Assembly (NCBI RefSeq): GCF_001194135.2
Contig: NC_068988.1
Location: forward strand, 10,614,908-10,678,907
DNA from: Octopus bimaculoides
Lineage: Eukaryota
Direction of reading: 5' to 3'
Length of the DNA: 64,000 bases
This document shows, piece by piece, positions 11,836-25,595 of this stretch. A model generated the notes under the pieces. The model did not search any database, had not been told where the DNA came from, and worked only from the letters and a program-made list of their open reading frames with translations. The translations under genes and the position numbers were made by a program. Numbering within the stretch: position 1 is the stretch's first letter; each line of letters opens with the position of its first letter.

Positions 11836-12412
11836 AGGCGTCCAGTTATTCACATTCTAAATAACTGATTTGCCCACAAATCTTGGGAATGATTTCTTTA
11901 AAAGGTGAAATATTCTGTTATTATTGTCTAAACTGAATTCTGTGAATATGAAATAAATTTCAAAGAAGTATATAAACATATGTAAATACATAGCTATTTG
12001 TGTGCCTATAAACATTCGCACATACATATATACGTTTCTTTCGGTTCCCCTGTATTCAGTAGAAGACTACATACTGTGAACGTTCTCAATATCAATGAGA
12101 GGAACATAATATGTGTTGACAGAATGAGATAGCTGAAAAGAAAGAAAACTAACCGGTTATCGTCTGTATTCTAGTGTCAATTCCTATATTATACTGCATG
12201 TGTATTTTCCTTTCTAAAACCTCTTTCCAGCCGAGTTCGTAAACGAAATTAGCTGCTATTTCGGGAAGGTCGAACCAAAGTGGTATTCTGTCTTGTAATC
12301 ACTATTACTGATGATCAGATGTGTGAAACGAACTATTACTAAAGGCTAGACACGTTGTACTTTGTAGTTATGTCAAGTTTTATTGTAAGTCCTCACTTCC
12401 CTTTAGTCCAAT

Positions 12413-12451
<39 letters not shown>

Positions 12452-15400
12452 CGTGGTTGTATTCTAAGTGGGAATTCTGTTTTCAGTGTGGTGAAAATTC
12501 TTTGTACGTTCAGTACAATTATATCTTCGTTGAAACATTCTATTATTATGAATGTTTGATATATTGTTCGGAGAATTACATCGAAAGTCTGTATGTTCTT
12601 CTTCTTAATTTTGGAAATATCTGTTGAAATGCTAGGCATTATGTATATATATTATGTACATCAATTACAGCTCTTAAGCGAAAAGTAAAGTAGGAAATGC
12701 AAAAAATTAGAGATCAATTTAAAGAAACATTTATAGTATAATATACGTACTCATACATTTTCTCTATTTCTCTCTCTCCCTCACTCACACACGCACTCAC
12801 TATTTCTCTCTCTCTCTCTCTCTCTCTGTTTCTCTCTCTCTCTCTCTCTGTTTCTCTCTCACTATCACTCTCCAATCTTTCGTGTTCCCTCTTCCTCCCT
12901 TTTTACTTTCTCTTTACCATTCCGAACAAAACTTTTTACATGTAGCATCTGTGTGTGTCCTCATTGATTACAAACATATAACGTATGTTATATATTACTT
13001 TCGAGAATTATTGGTTATATGTTCCGTTGATGTGAATATCAATTAAATTCCCATCCTAGTAGAGCCAGAGATTAGCAGAATATTCTGTTTGGTATAAATG
13101 ACAATTGCAATTTATATTTTCTTTCTTAAAAGTCAATATGAACACATTTATTGCGCTTACTAATCACACCAGTATCAATGTAAACGTGTGAATGAAATAA
13201 AATACAAAAGTAATAGTTTTATTTAGATATATAAACATAGCTTGTTTATTTATCTAAAAGAAAATTCTTGCTGCTAATGTATGGAATTTGTTTATAATGT
13301 ATATCTAATGTCTAAAATATGAAATTATGTCTTCCGAATATTCCCAACTGCATACAAATGTATCATAATTTCATGACATAAATACAGCATTTGGTTTTTA
13401 ACGGAACGAATTAAGTAATACAGTCTTTAACAAAATTAAATGGCAGCGCTTTAAAAAGAAATTTAGAATATAACCCAAACGAATAAAACCCAAACAACGT
13501 TTGAAACATAATGCAACAAATATATGAAATTAATCAAACTGGTTGCACATTCACGTCTGTTCTCAGAAAAAATAAATATTAAACTGATGTGGATAATTGA
13601 GTATTTGAATCTGAATTACTGTCGAACAGCAAATCCAGTTCGACAATTCAATAGGGAAATGTGTCATGCTCGTTGTTTCAAATATGCCAGTAGTGTTTTT
13701 TTGAGAAAATTTATGAAATTGGAAAGTTTTCATAACATTTTCTATAATGATTACTATGTACATATAACACTGTATGCAAGCAACATGATTATGATATAGT
13801 AGAAATTACCAGAAAAATATATTTTGATGATTTTACTCACCATTTTTACCATAACCTCATCAACTGCAATTTTCAAATTATAGCTTCTGTTATTTCTAAT
13901 TATTCTTTATTTATTTCCTATTTATGTTTAACTTGAGGTATATGTCTCTGTCACCTGTACACAAGTGCATAATTTAAGCTACCTTTCCATATAATAGAAA
14001 TATTTTCTTTAGAAAAGTTGGTGTCATAGCCTCTATTCTCCAAACTGAAATCAAACAATAACGATTTCCAGTTTCTCTGGTGCAAATTACTTCCAAAAAT
14101 TTTTGAAATACACCTAGCTTTTGTAACATTCTTCAAATACCCAGCAAAACAATTGATACATGATTACATCCACCTGCATTACTGACATGTTTTTGAATTC
14201 ACACCGCGCCGAATTGGTCGCTAACTTTAATGTTCTGGTGACATTTAAATATCTATTTTACCGATGACGCCCGTGTGGTCACCGAAGATATGCAATCGTT
14301 ATATGTTTATATCTGTCATTTTCAACATTTACAGATTTTCATTCAGATACTCCAAACACTCATCTCTTCGCTAAATTTTACATCCAGCTTTCTTTCAGCC
14401 GTTGAGAAACAAAAAGAACGGGAATTAGATTTACAGTAATGAAAAGTATCGTTCAAATACTAGTCTTCGTTTACCGATCAAAACAATTTATCCAAGACTT
14501 TAATTCCTATCCAAGGATTGCAAGCATGTGTATATCCACATGCATATATGTGCGTGTGTTGTTGAGTGTATCTAAGTATATTGTGGGTATATATATATAT
14601 ATATATATNNNNNNNNNNNNNNNNNNNNNNNNNNNNNNNNNNNNNNNNNNNNNNNNNNNNNNNNNNNNNNNNNNNNNNNNNNNNNNNNNNNNNNNNNNNN
14701 NNNNNNNNNNNNNNNNNNNNNNNNNNNNNNNNNNNNNNNNNNNNNNNNNNNNNNNNNNNNNNNNNNNNNNNNNNNNNNNNNNNNNNNNNNNNNNNNNNNN
14801 NNNNNNNNNNNNNNNNNNNNNNNNNNNNNNNNNNNNNNNNNNNNNNNNNNNNNNNNNNNNNNNNNNNNNNNNNNNNNNNNNNNNNNNNNNNNNNNNNNNN
14901 NNNNNNNNNNNNNNNNNNNNNNNNNNNNNNNNNNNNNNNNNNNNNNNNNNNNNNNNNNNNNNNNNNNNNNNNNNNNNNNNNNNNNNNNNNNNNNNNNNNN
15001 NNNNNNNNNNNNNNNNNNNNNNATATATATACATATATATATCGAGGGAGGAGTAACTCGATTATATTAGTACTCAACTGGGACTTATTTTCACATTCTC
15101 CAGAAGGATAATAGAAATGTCAACCTCACAGAATTGGGACCATTCACTGTATCACTTGCATAACACTGCGCGGCAAAGTGCGTAACTCGGAGATAACGAA
15201 ATCGATGCAGGGCGAGACACACATTCTCCCCAATCAGTTATCATAGCTTCGGAAGTGCGGTTAGAAAAGAATAAAAAGTATCGCAAGCTAAGTTCTACAA
15301 GAGGAGTCAGACATCAGAAAAATTAATGGCAGTTTATGAACGACATCAATAATATCCATATACGCACATGGTACATGCTTGTGGAGAAGCCAAGCATGTT

Positions 15401-17660
15401 ATATCTCCAGTAGAGATAGGGCTTAAAGACTTGATGCCTCTACTATCTCGTGATTCCAACGAATAGTAGATGGAACATAGGAGAAACTAAATATTCAAAG
15501 CATAATTGTTATCATTTTCTCAAAATAAGAGCAGATTTTAAAACAACAGAGATATGACTACAAATGTAACTAGAATAACATTGGATGATGTTATTATGAT
15601 AATTTTAATGAATTTCAGTAGGAGCGTTTGTAGGTTGTGATTCCTTAAGTAGTATTATGAATTGAAACGTGATATACAATTGACTTGTAAAATACAATCG
15701 TAAACCGATTAACAAAGTGTAAAATGAAAAATAAATGTACACAATAGCATGAATGAAATTTTCATATCACACATTCATCTTAGTGACAATAGGTCAATTA
15801 CATTCACAGTGGGATAAATCATTTTTAAATATCATCTACATATAAATCTCTGCATCACCCTGTCCCATATACCTCCGTTCCTCACCGCTACGTCACTCTC
15901 TCTTTCCTTTTCCAATGCTTCTCACCAAGAACACACACACACACACACACATATATATATTTATATACATACATATACATACATACACTCGCACACACTA
16001 ACATAAATACATATATATATACACACACAAACACTCACACACATGCACATAGACACACACACACAGACACACACATATATATATTTATACATACATATAT
16101 TTGTATATATCTATACGGATAGACATATAGATGCATCCATGCACACATACATACACACGTACATATAGATAGATAGATTAATAGATAGATACAAGAATGA
16201 TACAGTTTAAGCAAACAGCATGAATAATACAAACAAACATCCGAGATAACAAAATTTATGTCCACATTTATATGTTTTATCACTAACTGAATGGAGCCAC
16301 CATTTAACTCAACATCGATAAAATCAGCTTTTCCCATTTCGATTTCAATTTCTCTTGTATCATATACATAAATAAATACTAACTTAATCATTGAAAACAT
16401 ATGATGAGATACAATTGTGTCTTTTGTGGTTTAGAAACTATTGAGAGACGTTGATATTTTTATGTTTATCTGAATACCTTATCCTTCACTTAATCCTCTA
16501 TTTCAGGTTGGTTATCACTGCTTTTGAAATTGTAAGCTTGCACAACTACAAATCCAACTACATACATACAAAATATATTCGTTTCGTTATATGCAGCGAA
16601 GTGATTATTAGATTAAAATGATACATACCTATTTGGATAATATATATATACANNNNNNNNNNNNNNNNNNNNNNNNNNNNNNNNNNNNNNNNNNNNNNNN
16701 NNNNNNNNNNNNNNNNNNNNNNNNNNNNNNNNNNNNNNNNNNNNNNNNNNNNNNNNNNNNNNNNNNNNNNNNNNNNNNNNNNNNNNNNNNNNNNNNNNNN
16801 NNNNNNNNNNNNNNNNNNNNNNNNNNNNNNNNNNNNNNNNNNNNNNNNNNNNNNNNNNNNNNNNNNNNNNNNNNNNNNNNNNNNNNNNNNNNNNNNNNNN
16901 NNNNNNNNNNNNNNNNNNNNNNNNNNNNNNNNNNNNNNNNNNNNNNNNNNNNNNNNNNNNNNNNNNNNNNNNNNNNNNNNNNNNNNNNNNNNNNNNNNNN
17001 NNNNNNNNNNNNNNNNNNNNNNNNNNNNNNNNNNNNNNNNNNNNNNNNNNNNNNNNNNNNNNNNNNNNNNNNNNNNNNNNNNNNNNNNNNNNNNNNNNNN
17101 NNNNNNNNNNNNNNNNNNNNNNNNNNNNNNNNNNNNNNNNNNNNNNNNNNNNNNNNNNNNNNNNNNNNNNNNNNNNNNNNNNNNNNNNNNNNNNNNNNNN
17201 NNNNNNNNNNNNNNNNNNNNNNNNNNNNNNNNNNNNNNNNNNNNNNNNNNNNNNNNNNNNNNNNNNNNNNNNNNNNNNNNNNNNNNNNNNNNNNNNNNNN
17301 NNNNNNNNNNNNNNNNNNNNNNNNNNNNNNNNNNNNNNNNNNNNNNNNNNNNNNNNNNNNNNNNNNNNNNNNNNNNNNNNNNNNNNNNNNNNNNNNNNNN
17401 NNNNNNNCTTCTCCAATATCTATAACATGATTCTCATCTCTATAACATTGGGTCTTATTTTTCGAATTTGTAAATGTGTTACCGATGTTTGTATTTTTTC
17501 TTGCAAAACATGAAATTAAAAGAAACTTGATTTTATTTTTCAAAGGAAAACAACGAAATTACACAGCGTAGGCAAAGAAATATTTCCAAACACGCGACCT
17601 CACAGGCACACAAAAGAAACACACATATCCCCCACAACCTCACACATACATACACACAAA

Positions 17661-17709
<49 letters not shown>

Positions 17710-18333
17710 TCATATATATATCTCACTTTTCATAGAACCTCTTATCTTCCCTCTGCCACATTAAGAAACAGAATAAAGAATAACAATGCTTTGAATGATG
17801 ACCGCATCCCATCATTTTTCATTATTTCTCTCATCCTAGAACTGACATCTGACATCTTAGAGATGTCAGTTGACTAAATAAGTCAATAAATAAATCAATG
17901 GTGAATACATATCAACGTGAAGAGTGTCCCTCTTTCCTTCCTATATCTACCTATCTATCTGTGTGGCTATCTATCTACCTGTCTATCCCCATTGTCCTGC
18001 AACGTCAACCCACCCCGCCGCACCCCAAATGAACAATGTTCTCTTCTGAACAAAACAAAAACATATGTTTTATATTAATTAACAACCTGTCTGTACTTTC
18101 ACAATGTTATTCGACAAGTTTGAAAAATGCACGAAAATGTTAATAATAATGAAGAAAGAAAATTTTTGTTTTCCAAAACTCTGGTGACATCCTTTTACCT
18201 CACTATACAATGTATGTGCACTACTTCTAACAATCTAGACGCCAAACACGCATAAGTATATATACATATATATATGACATATTTTCATATATTAATGCAT
18301 TAAGTAGAGACAGATAAACAGATAGACAGACAT

Positions 18334-18335
<2 letters not shown>

Positions 18336-18408
<73 letters not shown>
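18336..18408. repeat. (GATA)n array
   Basis: Directly visible. Confidence 0.95.
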
Positions 18409-19676
18409 CATGGTTTTAATCAGTTTTGCACGAGGAATCATGTAGCCAACATTAACTTTATGAAATATATTAAATTTTAGCTATTAAACTGCAGTTCGGA
18501 GATCTTTATATATATGTACAAAGAACAGGATGTTAATATCGTATATTAATATTCGTGAATGCCGCCTGAAGTCTGCTGAGAGCAACAATAAATTTTAAGG
18601 AACATATAATCTGTTAAGAATTATTTATCCTTAATAAAAATTACGTACCCCCCCCCTTTTTTTTTACTGCCTTATGTACACAAATCAAATATTAATAGAT
18701 TTAAAACTGTAGTACAGCTTGGTGCGTAGTTACCGCTCGGTATCACCACCACGTTTGCCTCCATGTGGTTATATGAATTATTGTTCTGATGTGAATATTT
18801 TAACCAACTATTAATAAGTCATAAGTATGAAAAATCATATCTACCTGAACGGTATTTAATTTATCTTCTACGTATGTGAGAATATGAGATAAAGCATTGA
18901 ATTGAATATTGTCAGACTGATAACTTTTGAGCCGTCAGCTTGGTATATANNNNNNNNNNNNNNNNNNNNNNNNNNNNNNNNNNNNNNNNNNNNNNNNNNN
19001 NNNNNNNNNNNNNNNNNNNNNNNNNNNNNNNNNNNNNNNNNNNNNNNNNNNNNNNNNNNNNNNNNNNNNNNNNNNNNNNNNNNNNNNNNNNNNNNNNNNN
19101 NNNNNNNNNNNNNNNNNNNNNNNNNNNNNNNNNNNNNNNNNNNNNNNNNNNNNNNNNNNNNNNNNNNNNNNNNNNNNNNNNNNNNNNNNNNNNNNNNNNN
19201 NNNNNNNNNNNNNNNNNNNNNNNNNNNNNNNNNNNNNNNNNNNNNNNNNNNNNNNNNNNNNNNNNNNNNNNNNNNNNNNNNNNNNNNNNNNNNNNNNNNN
19301 NNNNNNNNNNNNNNNNNNNNNNNNNNNNNNNNNNNNNNNNNNNNNNNNNNNNNNNNNNNNNNNNNNNNNNNNNNNNNNNNNNNNNNNNNNNNNNNNNNNN
19401 NNNNNNNNNNNNNNNNNNNNNNNNNNNNNNNNNNNNNNNNNNNNNNNNNNNNNNNNNNNNNNNNNNNNNNNNNNNNNNNNNNNNNNNNTGTGTGTGTGTG
19501 TGTGTGTGTGTGTATAAATTCAAATTACAATGAACGTAATTTGAACTTAACGTATGATAGCATCTCATAAAGCGAGATTTCTATACGTCTTATATACATA
19601 TATACATCGCCATGATAGATCGCTGACCACTACATTTATATTTTTTCTCCTTGTTTCTCTCCTTATTGCTTTCTGT

Positions 19677-19722
19677 GTTCCTTTCAGTTGAAGAGCGAGC
19701 GTAGGCTCGAAACGTCAAAGAC
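19677..19722 (+). ncRNA. Degenerate minimal hammerhead-like motif in a short interspersed repeat (about 19610-19795)
   Basis: CTTT-CAGTTGA-A-GAGC-GAGC-GTAG-GCTC-GAAAC-GTC-AAAG gives stem I CTTT/AAAG, stem II GAGC/GCTC and a GUC triplet. The core has two mismatches to CUGANGA. Confidence 0.4.
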
Positions 19723-20024
19723 TTTCTCTATTCCCGAGCGTTAAACTAATACATCCATTTGTCTGTTGTTTCTTTCGTAAATTCTCCCATCTATATATAC
19801 GAGTAATATCGGTTTCTCTATGTCTACTGTCATAAAAAAATACCAAAGCAATATGTGATTAAACTTGTCACTACCTTTATGCTGATGGTTTTATATCGAT
19901 TGTTTTCGTGCTTTCTTTTCTTATTTTTGTTTTTTAAACCAGCGTAGCGAAATTGAACCATTTTGTAACAGATTCTTAATACGTCGCATTTAATATGTGA
20001 TATTCGATATTACTAATTTCAGTA

Positions 20025-20135
20025 AAGGCAACGGGGTCGCAGTATCGTTAGCCAACCAGACAAAGTGCGTATTTCCGTTCTGATTTCAATCTTTGTTGGG
20101 ATGGCCTTCGCATCTTGTCCATTGCGGGATGTATA
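20025..20135 (+). mobile_element. tRNA-derived SINE, family C (highly degenerate)
   Basis: AAGGCAACGGGGTCGCAGTATCGTTAGC...CGTTCTGATTTCAA...AATAAGT parallels the family C copies. Confidence 0.45.
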
Positions 20136-20755
20136 CAATAAGTCAACGTATCGGGGTTTCCATCCTACTTTAAAGGGGATTACTCTCTTCACTTAAGTGT
20201 AAATGTAATTGCCGTTTAAACTCCATATATGTAATTCCAATCAATAACGAAGATAGATTTCGATTTCTTTCTTCTATTTATTCATTTAGTTTTCAATTTT
20301 TACTTTCTTCTTCTTTAGAATTGTTTTTCTTTATTCAGAAATAAAGACAAATAATAAGTTATGTATATAAAACAAATAAATTATTACGGTCCGGTTAGCT
20401 AAACTAAACAGACAAATTTTCTGAATATCCTGGTTTTTGGGAACTAGACGTGCTGAATATTAATATGTTTGGTCAAGAGTAATCGCCAAGAGAATATAAT
20501 CACTTCGATAAATCAGAGCAGAAATTTTGTATAATATTTTCTCCACATACTGAGTGTATTAAACGTTCGTGGCCAAATGGGGTCTACGAACTTCAATGTT
20601 GTAGTCAAATATACCGGATGTACTAACAAAACATTTACTTACTAAACATTATTTACCGAATGACTGAATTTACCAGGTGGTATGCCAATTGTAAATACTT
20701 GTCTTCCTGAGGGAGTAATTATCACACGATCTATACAACACACACGCACACACAT

Positions 20756-20788
<33 letters not shown>

Positions 20789-22577
20789 CATACAAGTATA
20801 TATATATATATATATATATATANNNNNNNNNNNNNNNNNNNNNNNNNNNNNNNNNNNNNNNNNNNNNNNNNNNNNNNNNNNNNNNNNNNNNNNNNNNNNN
20901 NNNNNNNNNNNNNNNNNNNNNNNNNNNNNNNNNNNNNNNNNNNNNNNNNNNNNNNNNNNNNNNNNNNNNNNNNNNNNNNNNNNNNNNNNNNATTTATGTA
21001 TATATATATATGTATATATATGTATGAATGTATATATATATATATATCTGTATATATATCTGTATCTATATCTATATATCTATCTATCTATATATATATA
21101 TATATATACATATAGAATAGAAATATGTTACAAAAACAAAATAAAGAAATATTCACACACAAACATATACACATATATACAATTCGTATACATGAACATA
21201 TGTATGCATGTATGTATATATGGATGTATAGTTAGTTTCTGTTTGAAAAAATACTAATTTTATTCAGTGCACAAATACACTGGAAAACCTTTCACTATAT
21301 TATCAGTCCTCATGTCTCTCCGATGGCACAAAATTATCTTATTAGTTCTACAGATATAGTAAGACTACGTTTTATTTGAGACAATGTCTATCAGTGAGAT
21401 ATACGGTCGTTTTTCGTCGTGTATATGGTGCACCTCCCTTTTACGAAAACATTTGACAGAAGAACAGAACACAGAACCACCTTGTCACGAAACAAATTTG
21501 TTAGTCATGCAGAGGTGCGTACTCTTAATCTAACCTCTTGCATTCGAAAAGTAATCTTCGACAGTCGTAGAAAGCAATAAGATTATTTATCTATATTGGG
21601 CCAGTTTATGTTCCCGCAATTAGAACTGTGTAACACTTAGCAAAATCTTAATTTAATTACCAGAAATATGATTAGACAGGTAGATGACAGTTTATTGGAA
21701 AGATCATAAAGGTTTGCTTAACTAACTGGAACTTTGCCAAACCAATATCATGTGACTACATTTATCATTTTATACATTCCTGTCTTTGGATTCAGGCCAT
21801 AGGGAGAAAATATCCTTTGAGTACATTCAGTCCGTTATATAAACCCCATTAGTTGTATTCGTTGTGAATATATTTAATCAATCAACGCTATTAGATTTGC
21901 TAATTTGCTTTTGTCATATACGCTATTGGATGCAGTTTTATAGCAGATTGTATATGAACACACGCGTACACCTTTTGGTATGAAAGAATAGACAGAATGC
22001 ATAAAGGCACACACTTCTACAGACACACGGCTATATTTATATATATATATATATATATATNNNNNNNNNNNNNNNNNNNNNNNNNNNNNNNNNNNNNNNN
22101 NNNNNNNNNNNNNNNNNNNNNNNNNNNNNNNNNNNNNNNNNNNNNNNNNNNNNNNNNNNNNNNNNNNNNNNNNNNNNNNNNNNNNNNNNNNNNNNNNNNN
22201 NNNNNNNNNNNNNNNNNNNNNNNNNNNNNNNNNNNNNNNNNNNNNNNNNNNNNNNNNNNNNNNNNNNNNNNNNNNNNNNNNNNNNNNNNNNNNNNNNNNN
22301 NNNNNNNNNNNNNNNNNNNNNNNNNNNNNNNNNNNNNNNNNNNNNNNNNNNNNNNNNNNNNNNNNNNNNNNNNNNNNNNNNNNNNNNNNNNNNNNNNNNN
22401 NNNNNNNNNNNNNNNNNNNNNNNNNNNNNNNNNNNNNNNNNNNNNNNNNNNNNNNNNNNNNNNNNNNNNNNNNNNNNNNNNNNNNNNNNNNNNNNNNNNN
22501 NNNNNNNNNNNNNNNNNNNNNNNNNNNNNNNNNNNNNNNNNNNNNNNNNNNNNNNNNNNNNNNNNNNNNNNNNNNNN

Positions 22578-22613
<36 letters not shown>

Positions 22614-23420
22614 GTATACTAATTATATAATATGAAAGTAAATGAATTTATGAATAAATGAAATATGCAAACCTTAGTTTTTCATTTAAGATATTACTAA
22701 TTATACTATATTGGAAATGAGGACATTTACATGAATAAATAAATAAATGTGTACTACAGTAAGTGTGTAATATTTTGTAAATATCGACTTCAACAAATGC
22801 AACCATTCAAATAGACGTACCTTATACATAAACGTCGTCTATGCATATACACAAGCATCATGCATACACAAGCCCATATCTAGACACATATTCATATACT
22901 CGGATACTCGCACACTCATATGTATAATGCAGTGACAATTATATTAGAATATTATTTGTATGCGCCCAGATCTACTAAAATTCTTGAGCGGCCAAAATTC
23001 CGCTTAAATTATTACAAACTTTAATTTCAATACATATTCATATGCAGTAAGTATTTCACACATCTGTCGTTCAAGAAATCGGTCGACACATATGTTTCAC
23101 TGTGCGATCAATAATATTCACTCCATGATTAATATTATCTTCTGTGCACTGAGTGTTATTCACAGGCCTACTTAATGCTACTGTATATTGTGCTGCTGTA
23201 ATTGTTTCATTATGCACACTTTCGAGTAAAATAGAACAATTTCGGTGTGATTTCTTTATTAAAAAAAAACAACAACTCAATATTGGAAAGCGTCACAATT
23301 TCTTTCTATAATCCAAACTACAACTAAATAGCATTTCCACTTCATATTTATTTTATTTTAGGAAGAAAAATTTATTTTTCAATGGTGAATGTAAAATATG
23401 TATTTCATTAAATACGTTTT

Positions 23421-23690
23421 ATGATGTATTGATGAACACTAGTTAGTAAAATATATATTTGAAAAGGAAAAAAATAAATTATGTAACTAATCAGAATTCT
23501 ATTAGAAATACATGATACTATAATGTAATGAAAAATTCGCAAGTAAAATATTTTGTTAGCTAAACTCACTATATGATATATTGATGAACAATAGTCAGTA
23601 AAATATATATTATATTATATTATATTAAAACATGAAAATATTTATATAAGTTAGCAGAATTCTATTAGAAATAAAATATATAACTTTAAA
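23421..23690. repeat. Diverged local tandem duplication, period about 152-163 bp
   Basis: TGAT(G/A)TATTGATGAACA(C/A)TAGT(T/C)AGTAAAATATATATT at 23422 and 23574; CAGAATTCTATTAGAAATA at 23492 and 23655. Confidence 0.8.
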
Positions 23691-23829
23691 ATCAGCAGAT
23701 ATTTCAGAAAAAAATAAAACAGAGATCATTATTTTGTTTTCATCGCTGTATGACTATTAAATTGTGCTTCGTGAATAAGGAAACTACCTACAGTACATTG
23801 TTTTAGAAAAAAATGAAATTTCGGTTGCT

Positions 23830-24599
23830 CACGAGGTAGCATCGAAAGATTCCCGGACTAGTTCTGCAGCGCACTAAAAGATGGCAGCAAACGGTAGCAT
23901 GCACAGTGAGAGCCAGCAATGACCTTCATGTGGCCGGGTGCTGAGTGACATTGTTTAATGTGTGTATTCATGATCACGTGTATGCTGTAGATTGTGATTT
24001 TGTCATCGGCAGGAACCAATAACCAATGTGAAATTTTGCGTTAAACTTGGATATGTTGGTACAGAAACAGCGCATGCCTCAGCAACTTACTTTACGGAGA
24101 CACGGCAATGGTCGTGTGCAATCTTTCGGGTAGCACTGGCGTTTCAAAAGCGGAAGGACGTCTCTGAAAGCGATGAGAAATGTGGAAGACTTGCCGTGAG
24201 CTTTCCCGATGGAAATGTGATATTGTGCATATAGAATTCGTCCTCTCAGATCCAGGGCGTCAGTTGAGAGATCTACAGCGACCTTTTGAAACGTTCGTTG
24301 GAGAACAATCGGCGAAAGCGACAAAATTGGATTCTTCACAACGGCAATGCACCCAGTCACCACGTTATCCTTACTCGTGAGTCTCTCGCCAAAAACAACT
24401 CAAAGGTCGCCATTTTAACCTGTTGTAGAGATCCAGAGAGAATCGCAAAAGTTTCTCGTATCGCTTACGGAAAACGACTTCGTAGCCGTATTCGAAAAGT
24501 GGCAGAAACACTAGGACCGGTGTATTGCTGCGCAAGGTGACTATTTCGAAGGAAATGCTGTTAAGTAAATGACTGGGAATTTTTTGGTACCGCCTCGTC
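23830..24599 (+). mobile_element. Internally deleted mariner with degenerate TIRs
   Basis: TIRs CGAGG...TTCCC at 23832 and ending 24597 (19/28 identical). Peptides KFCVKLG, WILHNGNAPSHHVILTRESLAKNN (HDNA motif remnant) and C-terminal FEKWQKH*DRCIAAQGDYFEG. Confidence 0.9.
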
Positions 24600-25036
24600 C
24601 AATCGAGTTTCACTATAATCTTTTGTGTAGTCCGAGTTATTTATTTCGAGGATTGTCCGTGTTGTTCTTTAGTTCATGTTCAATTGCTGAGAATGCGCAT
24701 GTACGCTTCTGTCAGAGCTTTTGATACAAGTGCTTTTAAATATGGTAGAATAATTATATATTCGAAGTATTTTTAAATAAGGAAGAATGATTATAAGATG
24801 ATACGACTGTGAATTGCAAAAATTCAATACTTTATTGATTTCTACTAAATAACGTCGGAAAATCATAATTGAGCCTCGAGGTGATCTCTCGATCGACTAT
24901 AATTTCCAGTCATTCCTCTTTGTTTCATAATCATCGCAACGAAGCAGAGTCTGGAAAAAATTTCTCATATTTAAGTTTGTATCAATCAGTTATTTAGAAT
25001 TATTCCTTGCATTTACATTATTATTATCAGTATTGG

Positions 25037-25250
25037 AAAGCGGCGAGCTAGCAGAGTCGTTAGCACACCGGGCGAAATGCTTAGCGATATTTCGCTTATC
25101 GCTACGTTCAGAATTCAGACTCCATCGGGGTTGACTATGCCTTTCACCGTTTCGAAGTAGATTAAATAAGTAACACTTAGACACTGAGGTCGATGTAATC
25201 GACTTCATCCCTTCTCCTAAATGTGAGTCCTTGTGCTTCGAGCAGAGAGG
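25037..25250 (+). mobile_element. tRNA-derived SINE, family C
   Basis: GCGGCGAGCTAGCAGAGTCGTTAGCACACCGGGCGAAATGCTTAGC...GTCGATGTAATCGACTT matches the reverse complement of 58195-58407. Confidence 0.85.
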
Positions 25251-25260
25251 AATATTATGG

Positions 25261-25445
25261 AAAGGTGACGAATAGGCAGAACCGTCAGTGCGCAGGATGA
25301 AATGCTTAGCGGTATTTCGTTTGCCGATACCTTCTGTGTTCAAATTTTGCCGAGGTCGAATTTACCTTTCATCCTTGAGGGGTCGATAAATTAAGTACCA
25401 GTTGAACACTGAGGTTTATCCAATCAAATCATCCCAACTCTGTCG
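25261..25445 (+). mobile_element. tRNA-derived SINE, family C (second tandem copy)
   Basis: GAAATGCTTAGCGGTATTTCG...GTTCAAATTTTGCCGAGGTCG...GGGGTCGATAAATTAAGTACCAGTT. Confidence 0.85.
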
Positions 25446-25516
25446 TGTCAGTCTATATGTCCCTTCCATTTCGTATTATTATTGACATTATATATATATA
25501 TATATANNNNNNNNNN

Positions 25517-25518
25517 TA

Positions 25519-25549
<31 letters not shown>

Positions 25550-25595
25550 TATCATCACAATCACCATCATCATCATCATCATCATCATTGTAATA
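25517..25595. repeat. (ATT)n-(CAT)n trinucleotide tract
   Basis: Directly visible; source of the poly-Y, poly-H and poly-I pseudo-ORFs. Confidence 0.95.

Noticed and set aside
12075-12132. 58-nt minus-strand candidate exon (strong acceptor, GTATGT donor)
   Set aside because: No recognisable peptide and no linkable neighbouring exon; such sites are common by chance here.
12487-12590. Plus-strand candidate exon CGENSLYVQYNYIFVETFYYYECLIYCSENYIES
   Set aside because: A single short open frame with no domain recognised; compatible with chance.
13988-14134. Minus-strand mini-ORF MLQKLGVFQKFLEV...LLYGK before a GT
   Set aside because: No homology recognised and a weak donor site.
14255-14295. 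CCGATGA...CCGAAGAT hammerhead-like string
   Set aside because: Both core halves are mismatched and stems I and II do not pair.
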